Under the pieces are notes generated by a model. It was given only the letters and a program-made list of their open reading frames with translations, ran no database searches and was not told the DNA's origin. From NCBI GenBank assembly GCA_963734495.1, contig CAVTHK010000010.1, positions 96,001 to 160,000 on the forward strand: DNA of 64,000 bases, given 5' to 3'. Each line of letters opens with the position of its first letter. The stretch's first letter is position 1. The translations under genes were made by a program, and so were the position numbers. This document shows positions 30,338-40,007 of the stretch, piece by piece. The stretch is from an uncultured Spirochaetota bacterium (GTDB taxonomy: Bacteria; Spirochaetota; Spirochaetia; SZUA-6; CAVTHK01).

Positions 30338-31120
30338 CTATACGTAGTACACGAGCGTGATCAGAGCGTCCGCGAGAATGCAGAGCACGAACCCCTGCCC
30401 GACGGCCCGGATGGCCGCGACGGGAACCTCGGTCGAGGCGACCCTGACGCTGAAGCCCTGGTACGTCGCGACGGTGCCGATAATGGCGCCGAACACCGCG
30501 GACTTGACCATCGAAGAGATGATGTCGACCGCCTTGAACGCCGCGATGAGCTTGCGCAGGTACTCCGCCAGCGAAAGAGGGGTGAGCAGCTGAGCCACGA
30601 AGTAGGAGCCGATCAGGCCGCTGAAGTTGAAATAGATGGTCAGCACGACCATGGAAACCACGGTCCCGATAAAGCGAGGCGCGACGATGTAGGAGATCGG
30701 GTTCACGCCGACCGCCACGTAGGCTTCGACCTGGTGGCTCACCACCATGCCGCCGAGCTCCGTCGCGATCGCGGTGCTCGAGCGAGCGGTGAGGATGAAG
30801 GCCGTGAGGATCGGCCCGAGCTCCCGCGTGATGACCGTGATCAGGATCGTGTAGATCAGGTTGCTTTCGCCAAAGGCCGGCAGGAGGGACGAGCCCTCGA
30901 TGATGATCACCGCCCCGATCGCGAGCGAGATCAGCGTGATCATGCCCAGGGCCTGCACCCCGGTGAAATAGATCTGCTGCACCAGCACCCGCATCCCCAC
31001 CCGGTTGCGCCGCAGGAAATGCAGGGACTCCACCACGACCCTGTAGAAGAAGCCCGTGGCGTAGAGCAGGTCGCGGACCCTATGGGTGAGCCAGGCGCCG
31101 AGTGCTTCGACCATTGACAC
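30338..31120 (-). CDS. mlaE: ABC transporter permease, MlaE-like
   Basis: QQIYFTGVQAL, RELGPILTAFILTARS.TAIATELG.M, GVNPISYIVAPR, EVPVA. Start at GTG 31120 or ATG 31114. Confidence 0.9.
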   Translation of the reverse strand: MSMVEALGAWLTHRVRDLLYATGFFYRVVVESLHFLRRNRVGMRVLVQQIYFTGVQALGMITLISLAIGAVIIIEGSSLLPAFGESNLIYTILITVITRELGPILTAFILTARSSTAIATELGGMVVSHQVEAYVAVGVNPISYIVAPRFIGTVVSMVVLTIYFNFSGLIGSYFVAQLLTPLSLAEYLRKLIAAFKAVDIISSMVKSAVFGAIIGTVATYQGFSVRVASTEVPVAAIRAVGQGFVLCILADALITLVYYV

Positions 31121-31194
31121 GACGGCCCATGATAGCAGCAAGGAGAGGGGGGAGCAACCTGTCCGGCGTTGCTGTCCTCGGCAGGGCGGGCGCC

Positions 31195-32475
31195 CTACAC
31201 CAGCCTGCGATGCACGAAGCTGCGGCGGCCGTCGACGTAGTCCGCGACGGTATGCCCGTGGCCCGTGACCCGGAACTTGTGGATCGTCAGGCCCTCCAGC
31301 CCCACCGGACCGCGCGCGTGGATCTTGTTGGTCGATATCCCGACCTCCGCGCCCAGGCCGTACCGGTAACCGTCCGCGAAGCGCGTGGAGCAGTTCCACA
31401 TCACGGAGGCCGAGTCGACCCGGTCGAGAAACGCGCGCGCCGCGTCCCCGTCGGCGGTCACGATGGCGTCGGTGTGATGACTGCCGAACGTGTTGATGTG
31501 GTCGATCGCCTCGTCCAGGCTCGCGACCACGCGCACCGCGAGGATCAGGTCGTTGTACTCCGTCCGCCAGTCCTCGTCGGTGGCCGGCTTCGCCCCTGGA
31601 ATCAGCGCGAGGCTCTCCGCGTCGCAGCGCAGCTCGACCCCGGCGAGCCGCTCGGCGAGCGCAGGCAGGGTGCGCGGCGCGACGGCGCGGTGCACCAGCA
31701 GCGTCTCGATGGCGTTGCAGACGGCGGGGTACTGGCACTTGGCGTCGTACGCGACCGCGAGGGCCATCTCCTGGTCCGCCGACGCGTCCACGTAAAGGTG
31801 ACACACGCCCTCGGTGTGCCCGAGCACGGGGATGCGCGTGTTGTCCTTGATGCTGCGCACCAGCTCGTTGGAGCCGCGCGGGATGACGAGGTCGATCAGG
31901 TGGTCGAGGGCGAGCATCTCGCGCATCTCGGACCGGCTCGCCACCAGCTGCACCGCCTCCGCGAGGTCGGGCTGGACGGAGCGCACCGCCTGCTGGACCA
32001 GGGAGTGGAGGAAGGCGTTGGTGCGGGCCGCCTCGCTGCCTCCCTTGAGGATCACCGCGTTGCCGGACTTGAGCGCGAGCGTCGATATCTGGATCAAGGC
32101 GTCCGGCCGCGACTCGAAGATGACCCCGATCAGCCCGATCGGCACCGTCACCTGCTCGAGCTCGAGCCCGCGGTCGAGCTCCGTCCTGCGGAGCACGACC
32201 CCGAGCGGGTCGGGGAGCCGCGCCAGATCGCGCACCCCGGCGACCATGCCGTCGATCTTCCGGGGCGAAAGGGCCAGCCTCGCGAGCAGGGCCTGCTTGA
32301 GCCCGTCCCGCCGCGCATCCGCGAGATCCGCTTCGTTGGCCGGGAGCAGACGGTCGCTGCTCCCCTCAAGCGCCTCCGCCACGGCCCCGAGCAGCCGGTT
32401 GCGCACGGCCCCCGTGGTCGTGGCCAGGCGCAGCCCGGCCTCGCGCGCCGCGCGGGCCTGTCGCTCCGCATCCAC
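31195..32475 (-). CDS. proA: Gamma-glutamyl phosphate reductase
   Basis: VPIGLIGVIFESRP, LKSGNAVILKGGSEA, IPRGS, G.CHLYVD, VCNAIETLLVH, NCSTRFADGYRYGLGAEVGISTNKIHARGPVGL. Confidence 0.96.
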   Translation of the reverse strand: MDAERQARAAREAGLRLATTTGAVRNRLLGAVAEALEGSSDRLLPANEADLADARRDGLKQALLARLALSPRKIDGMVAGVRDLARLPDPLGVVLRRTELDRGLELEQVTVPIGLIGVIFESRPDALIQISTLALKSGNAVILKGGSEAARTNAFLHSLVQQAVRSVQPDLAEAVQLVASRSEMREMLALDHLIDLVIPRGSNELVRSIKDNTRIPVLGHTEGVCHLYVDASADQEMALAVAYDAKCQYPAVCNAIETLLVHRAVAPRTLPALAERLAGVELRCDAESLALIPGAKPATDEDWRTEYNDLILAVRVVASLDEAIDHINTFGSHHTDAIVTADGDAARAFLDRVDSASVMWNCSTRFADGYRYGLGAEVGISTNKIHARGPVGLEGLTIHKFRVTGHGHTVADYVDGRRSFVHRRLV

Positions 32476-32507
32476 GCTGGTATCGTATGGCCGGCCCTGA
32501 GCGGGAG

Positions 32508-34178
32508 TCAAGGCTTGACGACGAGCTGGATGAGCTGGACGAACTGGTACAGCTTCTTGTACACGCCCGCCATCCCCCGGCGGACCGGGGCGCCAAGCTC
32601 GCCGTCGAGCTCCCGCCAGTTGAGCACCACCTCGGGGTGCTGCCTGTCGCGGTCCTCGATGAGGGCCTTGAGCCCTCTGGCGAGCGCGACGAGGCTCTTG
32701 AGCGCGCCGACGAGAATGTCGTGGGCCTCGTCGTTGATCTCCTGCAGGATCTTGCGCGATGCGGGGGGGACTTTCCCGTGGCGGTCCGCCTTGCGCAGCA
32801 CAGCGGCGATCCGAGCGCCCGTGTCCCCCTGCTCTCCGAGATCCGCGTCGAGCTTGAGCAGCCGGTCGCGGCACTGGAGCACGCTGTGGAGGGCCTCGGA
32901 CACCGCCTGCGACGCCTCCTTGGACGCCCACTTCCCGCTGATGAGCAGCAGGTCGACCACCGGACGCGCCTCCGCGTCGAAACAGTCCTGGAGGTAGGCG
33001 ATCAGGAAGTTCAGCGGAACGCACATCGTGTATCCGCCCGACATGGTGCGCTTGAGCTCCGCGTTGGAACGCTCGGCGTAGTTGAGCAGCCGCTGGGAAG
33101 GGGGCGTCCCGAAGACCGCCCGGGCGAGCGAGTCGATCCGGCGGCCGCGATTGTCGCTGACCACGCGCTTGAGGGCCGCGTCGACCTGCGTCCGGAACTT
33201 CTGCAGGTACGCGTCCACGATGCGCTCGTTGTGCACGGCCGGGCGGGGCCGGTACGCCGGGTCCCCCTCCGCGTGCTTGATGATGAGCTCGAGCAGGCGG
33301 GACCGCTTGAGCTGGTTGAGAGCGCCCACGACGCGTTTCCAGCCGTCGCGCGACACGATCTCGACGTCGCGGTAGGTCCGCAGCACGTCGAGCAGCCGCC
33401 CCCAGTCCGCCGTCGTGTCGATCGCCGCGATCCGGTCGCAGAGGTCCCGCAGGTCCTCCACGACGTAGCCGGCGTCCACCGCGTGGAAACGCTCGTTTCC
33501 GCCCGGGCTTCCCTCGATGAGGCTCGCGTCGAACTTGTGGAGGAAGAAGTAGAAGTCGAAATGCACGAGGTCGAGCAGGGCCATCAAGTGGCCGTAGGCG
33601 AGGTTGATGGCGCGCGCTTTTTCCGGATCGAAGCCGGCCACGAAGCCGGCGAGGTCCTCCTCGACCTCGGCGGCCAGGTCCGCGGTCTCGCGGCGGGACC
33701 GCTCCGTGATCGCCTCGTCCTGGAGCGCCGCATACAGCTTTTTCTGCGGCTCGGACAGCGAGCTCTCGATGAGGAGCGTGCGCAGGAGGTTCGACGACTC
33801 GGCCCGTCCGATCAGGCTTCGCGCCGGCGTGAGCACCCTGTAGATGGCGTAAAAGAACGACGCGAGACCGGGAAGGGCCTGCGACTTCCGCGGGTTGTAG
33901 AACTCCTGCCGCACGGATCGCAGCTGCCTCTCGATGAGGTGCAGCTGCCGCCGCTTCTCCCACTCGGGATCGCTCAGGTCGCTGAAGAGCGCCACGAGGC
34001 GCTCGAGAAAGCCTCGCTCCCTGGCGGCTGCCGGCCGGGGCGCATCGCCGGTGTCCTCAACCGCGGGCCGCGGATCCGCGGCCGGACCCGCCTCGCGGGC
34101 GGGGACCGGCCGCGCACCCGCCGCGGAGGCCCGCGCTGCGGCCGGGGCGGCGGCGATTCTGGCTGTCCGGCCCTTCAT
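32508..34178 (-). CDS. Conserved spirochaete-type helical protein (DUF5312-like)
   Basis: GFLERLVALFS..DPEWEKRRQL, FDFYFFLHKFD, VLNWREL. Start inferred from promoter TTGACA-N17-TAACAT-N7-ATG. Family name is from recall only. Confidence 0.65.
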   Translation of the reverse strand: MKGRTARIAAAPAAARASAAGARPVPAREAGPAADPRPAVEDTGDAPRPAAARERGFLERLVALFSDLSDPEWEKRRQLHLIERQLRSVRQEFYNPRKSQALPGLASFFYAIYRVLTPARSLIGRAESSNLLRTLLIESSLSEPQKKLYAALQDEAITERSRRETADLAAEVEEDLAGFVAGFDPEKARAINLAYGHLMALLDLVHFDFYFFLHKFDASLIEGSPGGNERFHAVDAGYVVEDLRDLCDRIAAIDTTADWGRLLDVLRTYRDVEIVSRDGWKRVVGALNQLKRSRLLELIIKHAEGDPAYRPRPAVHNERIVDAYLQKFRTQVDAALKRVVSDNRGRRIDSLARAVFGTPPSQRLLNYAERSNAELKRTMSGGYTMCVPLNFLIAYLQDCFDAEARPVVDLLLISGKWASKEASQAVSEALHSVLQCRDRLLKLDADLGEQGDTGARIAAVLRKADRHGKVPPASRKILQEINDEAHDILVGALKSLVALARGLKALIEDRDRQHPEVVLNWRELDGELGAPVRRGMAGVYKKLYQFVQLIQLVVKP

Positions 34179-34367
34179 CGTTCTCATGTTAGGGTGAAAA
34201 CCAGACGATGTCAATTTGAGGAGCCGCAGATTTCGGGCTGACAGGCCCTTTCCCCGGCCGTTGAACCTCGCCAAAGCCGGTGACAATGATTCTCCCGCTT
34301 CCGCCGTGGAAAAGCGCGAAGGGTGACGCTATACTTCAACCCAAACGTCAGGAGGAACCCTCTCACA

Positions 34368-35750
34368 ATGAACCGACGACTCGGTCTTGCGCTGCTCGCC
34401 GTTGCGATGGCAGTGGGCGCGGCTGGGGCCGCCTTCGCCCAGGAGGTCTCCAGGAAAAAGGAGATCGCGATCTTCCGCCTGAGCCACTACGACTGGAACA
34501 TCCCGGAGGCCGCCCTGGGGAGCATCGATGAGGAGCTCAAGGCGGTCTTCATCAACCTCGGACGCTTCGACATCGTTGGGATGAGCTACCGGCTCGCCGA
34601 AGGCGACGTCGACCAGTTCATCGGCAAGATCCGCGAGTTCAAGCAGCAGAACGTCAAGATCCCCGACAAGTTCCAGATGGGACAGGAGATCTTCACGGAA
34701 GCGGATATGAACCGCCTGATCGGCTCCTTTATCGTCGTGGTGCCGGCCGTCACTTTCTTCGACGTGCAGCGCGAGGAGAAGAGGGTCGTGACCGGCCGGC
34801 GCGTGATCAGCTTCTCCGCCAGGATCAAGACGTCGTTCACCTTTGTCGACGTCGCCGAGGCGAAGCCGATGGCCCAGTTCTTTGTCGAGACGAGCGGCAG
34901 CGACGAGAACAGGGACCGCGCGGCGCAGAACGCGATCAACGCGATCCCGCAGCGCCTCGAGTTCGAGATCACCAAGATACCCGAGTTCCAGATCAAGACC
35001 GGCGTCCTGGAGAACAACCGGGGCGAGGTCGTGCTGCAGCTCGGCCGCGACATGGGCATCAAGCGCGGCTACGAGTTCTCCCTGGTCAACGAGCGGGTGC
35101 TCTCCTCCGGCCACAAGCTCGACACGGAGGACGGGCTGCTGGTCATCAAGGAAGTCGGCCAGGAGGTGTCGGTGGGGACCGTCCTCTTCGGCAACCCCCA
35201 GGTGGGCGACCAGCTGCGCGAAGTCCCCAGGCTCGGCACCGAGGCGACCCCGTACCTCGATCTGCTCATCAACCCGGGGAGCACCGGCGAAGGCACCTAC
35301 GTGCTCGTGGGCCTCAGCGCGGTTGCCACCAAGGGTTTCTACGACATCCGTCCGCTCGCCGGCCTCGAGCTCCCTCTGCCGATCGCGCCCCAGGGGTCGC
35401 TGCTCCCGCTGATGTGGGCGTTCGGCTTCCCCTTCAACGCGTACGTCGGCGGCGAATACACGGTCTACATGAGGCGGCTGCAGATCCGGCCGCAGGCCGG
35501 CATCGGACTGGGGATGCTCATCCCCTGGGCCGTCAAGACCGAGAACCCGATCGTCACGCACGTCGGCGGCTTCGTGGACCTCAAGGTCTCGTACCTCATG
35601 ACCCGCGACACGGCGCTCAGCGCGGACCTCGGCTACAAGGTGTGGTTCGGGATCTACGACGGGCTGCTCGAGCTGCTCGACCCCGGCGCCACGGGGGCGA
35701 CGACCTACGGCGGCGTACGCCTCGGCGTCGGTGTCAGCCGCAAGCTGTAG
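34368..35750 (+). CDS. Exported/outer-membrane protein: CsgG/TolB-N-like and FlgT-C-like domains with a C-terminal beta-barrel
   Basis: AGGAGG SD; signal peptide ending AFA; VVLQLGRDMGIKRGYEF...GLLVIKEVG...PQVGDQL; alternating beta-strands at the C-terminus. Confidence 0.7.
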   Translation: MNRRLGLALLAVAMAVGAAGAAFAQEVSRKKEIAIFRLSHYDWNIPEAALGSIDEELKAVFINLGRFDIVGMSYRLAEGDVDQFIGKIREFKQQNVKIPDKFQMGQEIFTEADMNRLIGSFIVVVPAVTFFDVQREEKRVVTGRRVISFSARIKTSFTFVDVAEAKPMAQFFVETSGSDENRDRAAQNAINAIPQRLEFEITKIPEFQIKTGVLENNRGEVVLQLGRDMGIKRGYEFSLVNERVLSSGHKLDTEDGLLVIKEVGQEVSVGTVLFGNPQVGDQLREVPRLGTEATPYLDLLINPGSTGEGTYVLVGLSAVATKGFYDIRPLAGLELPLPIAPQGSLLPLMWAFGFPFNAYVGGEYTVYMRRLQIRPQAGIGLGMLIPWAVKTENPIVTHVGGFVDLKVSYLMTRDTALSADLGYKVWFGIYDGLLELLDPGATGATTYGGVRLGVGVSRKL

Positions 35751-35760
35751 AGGTGTTCCA

Positions 35761-37110
35761 ATGCGTATCATGAGGGGTCTTTTCGCGCCCGGGCTGCTCG
35801 CCGCGGCGCTCCTCGCGGGCTGCGTGTCGACCGACACGGCGACGACCCGGGCCGCGCCCGGGGCGGCGCAGCCGGACCGCAAGGAATACCAGGGGGCAGC
35901 CGAGGCCAAGGGCGACACCTTCCTGGCCGCCAGGAACAAGGCCGTCATGGCCGCCGTGCAGAAGGCGGTGGTCGACATGATCGGCGCGGACCGGGAGAGC
36001 GCGAACCGGAAGAAGCTCGACGAAGTCCTCTACACCACGGCCAACCCCAACACGTACGTCTACGCGGACACGGTGAAGACCGTGCGGCGCGAAACCCGGG
36101 GCGAGGACAACTGGTACTACGAGCTCAGCGTCCAGGTGAACCTCAACGCGGTCCGCAACACGCTGAACGCGAACGGGCTGCTCGGCACGCCGTCGACCGC
36201 GTCAGCGCCCGCCGCGGGCGGAGGCGCGCGCGACGTGGCCAGGGCCGAAGGCGCTGTCGGCGGCGCACCGGGGGCCGTGACCGCGGCTTCTTCGCCGGTG
36301 GCCCCGGCCCCGGCGCCGCTCACACCCGACGAAAAGGCGTTCATCACCCGCTACGTCGACCGCATGACCTACATGGTCTACTACGCCGACGACTCCAGGG
36401 AGGAGCCTCCCTACAAGAAGGCCGCCATCGGCAAGGCCAACGAATACCTCGCGAGCCTGTCGCTGGACACGATCGACGCCGACCAGATCGAGAAGCTCAA
36501 GGAGGACCAGCAGACGGCGTTCGAGGCGCAGTCGGGCCAGTCGGTCTCGGTCATCCAGTACATCGCGCAGCGGCTGAACGCCGACATCTACATCGAGATC
36601 AGCGGCAGGAGCAGCGGCACCACGCAGGCGGGCAAGCACTACGGCGAGGCGAGCGTCGAGCTCAAGGCGTTCGAGGCGTCGACCGGGGTCCTGATGGGCA
36701 GCGCCTCCTTCAACACGCTGGACAAGGCGTTCAGCCAGACCTCCCAGGAGTCCGCGCGGATCAACGCCGTGCAGGGCGCGGTCTACAGGACGATGCCGCG
36801 GCTCCTCGACCAGGTCAAAGCGAACATGGCCAAGTCCCTCGAGCGCGGGCTCCGCTACGAGGTCATCATCCAGAAGCCCCTCGGCGACCGGGCCATGAGC
36901 CGCTTCTGGGACCGGCTGCAGCGCGACGCCAAGGAGATCAAGTCCGTGTCGCAGTCCCCGGACGAAGTCAAGTACTACGTGTGGTACATTGGCACCGTAG
37001 ACGATCTCAAGAGCCTGGTCTACAAGATCACGGACACGGTGCCCGGCCTCGAGAACATGGAGATGGTCCTCACCCGGGGCAAGAGCATCACGTTCAACAC
37101 GAGTCGATAG
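35761..37110 (+). CDS. Lipoprotein with FlgT-N/LPP20-like N-domain (DUF6175-like)
   Basis: Lipobox LLAGC; AARNKAVMAAVQKAV; IAQRLNADIYIEI; ASVELKAFEASTG. Confidence 0.7.
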   Translation: MRIMRGLFAPGLLAAALLAGCVSTDTATTRAAPGAAQPDRKEYQGAAEAKGDTFLAARNKAVMAAVQKAVVDMIGADRESANRKKLDEVLYTTANPNTYVYADTVKTVRRETRGEDNWYYELSVQVNLNAVRNTLNANGLLGTPSTASAPAAGGGARDVARAEGAVGGAPGAVTAASSPVAPAPAPLTPDEKAFITRYVDRMTYMVYYADDSREEPPYKKAAIGKANEYLASLSLDTIDADQIEKLKEDQQTAFEAQSGQSVSVIQYIAQRLNADIYIEISGRSSGTTQAGKHYGEASVELKAFEASTGVLMGSASFNTLDKAFSQTSQESARINAVQGAVYRTMPRLLDQVKANMAKSLERGLRYEVIIQKPLGDRAMSRFWDRLQRDAKEIKSVSQSPDEVKYYVWYIGTVDDLKSLVYKITDTVPGLENMEMVLTRGKSITFNTSR

Positions 37111-37164
37111 AACCGAACGGGGGCGTTGCCCTCGAGCGAGAAATTGCGCCAGGAGGAATCAAGG

Positions 37165-37800
37165 ATGAAGAGAATCGCCTACCTGCTGATGGCGGCGGTC
37201 GTGCTCTTCGTGGTTGGGTGCGCTTCGGGACCCAAGGAAAAGAAGGCGGAAGTGGCGGTGGCGGCCGCCCCGCAGTACATCATCGTCGACCACAAGACAA
37301 AGGACTTCGGCGGAACGGTGCCCGACTGGGTCACCAAGAGCGCCTCGGAGCTCGAGGCCATGCCCAAGTACAAGGAGACCTACGTCTTTGTCGACGACCA
37401 GATCGGCAAGGACCTCGAAGGGCTCAAGCTGTGGGCGCGCGGCTTCAGCATCGGCAGCCAGATCGCCCGCATCGTCTCGACGCGCGTCGAGGACAAGTTC
37501 ACCGGCGCGGCGGCCGGCGACCGCAACGCGCTCGAGACCTACCTGGAGCAGGTGGTCAAGAGCGTAGCCTCGGCCCAGTACTCCGGCGCCAGGGTCGAGG
37601 AGGACTTCTGGGTCAAGCGGCAGAAGGTCGCGGACAAGAGCGAGGACTACCGCTACCTGTTCCTCGTGACCGTCCCGCGCAAGCAGATCGACGACGCGAT
37701 CGGCCGCGCGCTCAAGGACGCCGACCAGGCGGCCAAGCCCACTCCGGACAAGCAGACCGCCATCAACCGGGTCAAGGAAGCGTTCGACAAGGGGCTCTAG
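37165..37800 (+). CDS. LPP20-like lipoprotein
   Basis: AGGAGG SD; lipobox VVGC; VPDWV, YSGARVEEDFW, YRYLFLVTVPR. Confidence 0.75.
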   Translation: MKRIAYLLMAAVVLFVVGCASGPKEKKAEVAVAAAPQYIIVDHKTKDFGGTVPDWVTKSASELEAMPKYKETYVFVDDQIGKDLEGLKLWARGFSIGSQIARIVSTRVEDKFTGAAAGDRNALETYLEQVVKSVASAQYSGARVEEDFWVKRQKVADKSEDYRYLFLVTVPRKQIDDAIGRALKDADQAAKPTPDKQTAINRVKEAFDKGL

Positions 37801-37910
37801 AAGCTGTCTTCTCGAGGGGCTCGGGGGCCGCCGCAAGGCGCGCCCGCGAGCCCCGTGCGACTCGTCCGCGAGCGCTCACGGCGCGGGGCCTCGCCCCGAG
37901 AGGTTGCAGG

Positions 37911-39404
37911 ATGACGAGGATCCGTTCGTGCAGGCTCGCGGTCCAGGCGATCGCGGCGCTTGCGTTTCTCGCCGGATGCGCCGGCGGCCCTACTCCGGCC
38001 TCCGGCCAGGCTCCCCCTGACTGGGTGCTCAAGCGCCCCGCCGACGACCCGAGCTACTTCTATTTCGTGGGCTCGGGGACGAGCTCGAAGGGCGACCTGA
38101 GCGAGGCGCGAGCCGCGGCCACCGGCGAGGTCCTCGCCGAGATCATGCGCTACATCGGCGTCACGGTCACCTCCGACACGCAGGCGACCGCCCGCAGCTC
38201 GCTCAACGACTTCCAGGCAAGCATCGAGCAGGTCGTGCGGCAGACCGGGACGGCGCGCGTGGCCGGCCTCGACATCCGCGAAACGTGGACTGATCAGCGG
38301 AAAAAGCCCGCGGCGACGGTGCACATCCTGGCCCGCTACCAGCGCTCGGAGCTGCTCAAGGAGAAACTGCGCATCGAGGCGCTGTTCAAGGAGAGGACCG
38401 ACGCGGTCGACGCTCCCGAACGCGAGGGGGACAGGCTGGCGTCCGCGGGCCGGCCCTTCGACGCCGCGATCCGGCACATGAGCGCGGCCAGGGCCGCGCT
38501 GGACCCCGCGATCGACAACGGCGAGATCAAGTTCAAGCGCAACATCGACAAGGCCAAGGCCGACATCGAGCGCATCTCGCTGGTCAAGCTCAACGACGGG
38601 CTCAAGGGCAAAGCAGGCCAGCCTCTGCCGGAACCTCTCAGGCTCAAGGTCGTCGTCGGAGCCGGCGCGACCGATCCGGGAGTCCCGGACGCCTCGCTGC
38701 AGGTCACGTACCAGGAAGTCAATGCGGCCACGGGCCAGCGGCGCCCCAGGACCGAGCAGGCCAGGACCGACGCGTCAGGGGTCGCGGAGTTCGCACACCC
38801 GGTGCCCGGCTTTGTCGGCGACGGGAGCGCGGTGTTCGCGCTCGACCTGAGCAAGTACACGGACGAGCTTTCCTCGGCGCCGCGCCCCCTGCGCGACCAG
38901 GTCGACGGGCTCGAAGGGCTGATCGCATCGCGCAGGGCCACGTTCCGCTTTTCCGTGGAGTCCGCGGCCGGGTCCGTCCCCATGGGGATCCTCCTGCTGG
39001 ATTACGACGCAGACGGCGGGCTCGTCGGCATGAGGGAGAGCGCCGGCGCCGCGCAGGCGGCGCTGTCCGGGTACACGATCCGGGGCCTGACGTTCACGCC
39101 GGCCGAAGTCGCCGACAAGAACACGAACGAGCTCGCCGCTCTGGCAAAGAGCCGGTTCGGAAGCCAGATCGAGAGGCTGGTGCTCGGCCAGGTCCGCATC
39201 GCGGAGATCGGACCCAGGAGCGGCAGGATCTTCGCGAGGGCTGCCGCGGACATCCAGGTCCTCGACCTGGGCTCCGGCGCCGTGCTCTACTCGGGATCGA
39301 GGGAAAAGCTCGCCATGGGCGTCACGAACCAGGCTGCCCAGACGCAGGCGTTCCGCGACATCGGGCGCGACCTCGGCAACGAAGTCAAGAACGCCCTCAA
39401 GTGA
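37911..39404 (+). CDS. LPP20 family lipoprotein with an Ig-like middle region and CsgG-like C-terminal region
   Basis: Lipobox FLAGC; PPDWV...YFYFVGSG...ARAAA..EVLAEI; ARTDASGVAEF; ADIQVLDLGSGAVLYS. Confidence 0.72.
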   Translation: MTRIRSCRLAVQAIAALAFLAGCAGGPTPASGQAPPDWVLKRPADDPSYFYFVGSGTSSKGDLSEARAAATGEVLAEIMRYIGVTVTSDTQATARSSLNDFQASIEQVVRQTGTARVAGLDIRETWTDQRKKPAATVHILARYQRSELLKEKLRIEALFKERTDAVDAPEREGDRLASAGRPFDAAIRHMSAARAALDPAIDNGEIKFKRNIDKAKADIERISLVKLNDGLKGKAGQPLPEPLRLKVVVGAGATDPGVPDASLQVTYQEVNAATGQRRPRTEQARTDASGVAEFAHPVPGFVGDGSAVFALDLSKYTDELSSAPRPLRDQVDGLEGLIASRRATFRFSVESAAGSVPMGILLLDYDADGGLVGMRESAGAAQAALSGYTIRGLTFTPAEVADKNTNELAALAKSRFGSQIERLVLGQVRIAEIGPRSGRIFARAAADIQVLDLGSGAVLYSGSREKLAMGVTNQAAQTQAFRDIGRDLGNEVKNALK

Positions 39405-39448
39405 TCCTGCGGCCCGCGAGCTCCGCGGGCAGCCGGCGCGGAGCAGCC

Positions 39449-39904
39449 TCAGCGGGGTGGCCGCTTCTTGAGCGCGTCGAGATCGGAATCGGTCTGCGCG
39501 GAGGCGAGCTTCGCCTCGACGTTCCCCTGCTCGCCCACCAGCATCTCCAGCTCGGCCTCGAGCTTCTCCGAATCGACTGAACGCTCGATCCCGCCGTGGA
39601 TCTTGAGCTTGAGCTTTTCCTTGAGCGCCGACGTCTGAGCGCGGAGCCGCGTCTCCTCCGCCTCGGCTTCCGCGAGCCGCGGCTGGAGGGCCGCCGCCTT
39701 TGCGTCGGCCGCGGCCGCCAGGTCTTCGCGCCCCTTGGAGCGGGCGAGGGCGGCGCGATCCGTCCACAACCGGACCTCCGCGGCGAGCCGGCCCTTCCGC
39801 TGCTCCGTCTCCTTGAGCGTCCGCACGAAGGCCAGCACGTATTCGCGCGCGCCGCGCACGTCGAGACCGCTCAGGTCCAGGTCGTCCGGTGTCGAGTCGG
39901 CCAT
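39449..39904 (-). CDS. Short PspA/IM30-like coiled-coil protein
   Basis: WTDRAALARSKGREDLAAAA resembles the PspA W...A..AL..G.EDLA motif; C-terminal DSDLDALKK; TATAAT and AAGGAG upstream. Confidence 0.65.
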   Translation of the reverse strand: MADSTPDDLDLSGLDVRGAREYVLAFVRTLKETEQRKGRLAAEVRLWTDRAALARSKGREDLAAAADAKAAALQPRLAEAEAEETRLRAQTSALKEKLKLKIHGGIERSVDSEKLEAELEMLVGEQGNVEAKLASAQTDSDLDALKKRPPR

Positions 39905-40007
39905 GGCAACTCTCCTTGCGTTTCTATTATACACGCGGCCCTCCATCGCGGGATACGGGCGCACCGTCTCTTGCCCGCGAGCCGCCGTTTCCGCTATCCT
40001 CGCTGGC

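Noticed and set aside
31195-33963. 922-aa ProA with a long N-terminal extension
   Set aside because: The extension is an alternate frame of the DUF5312-like gene; a promoter places the proA start at GTG 32475.
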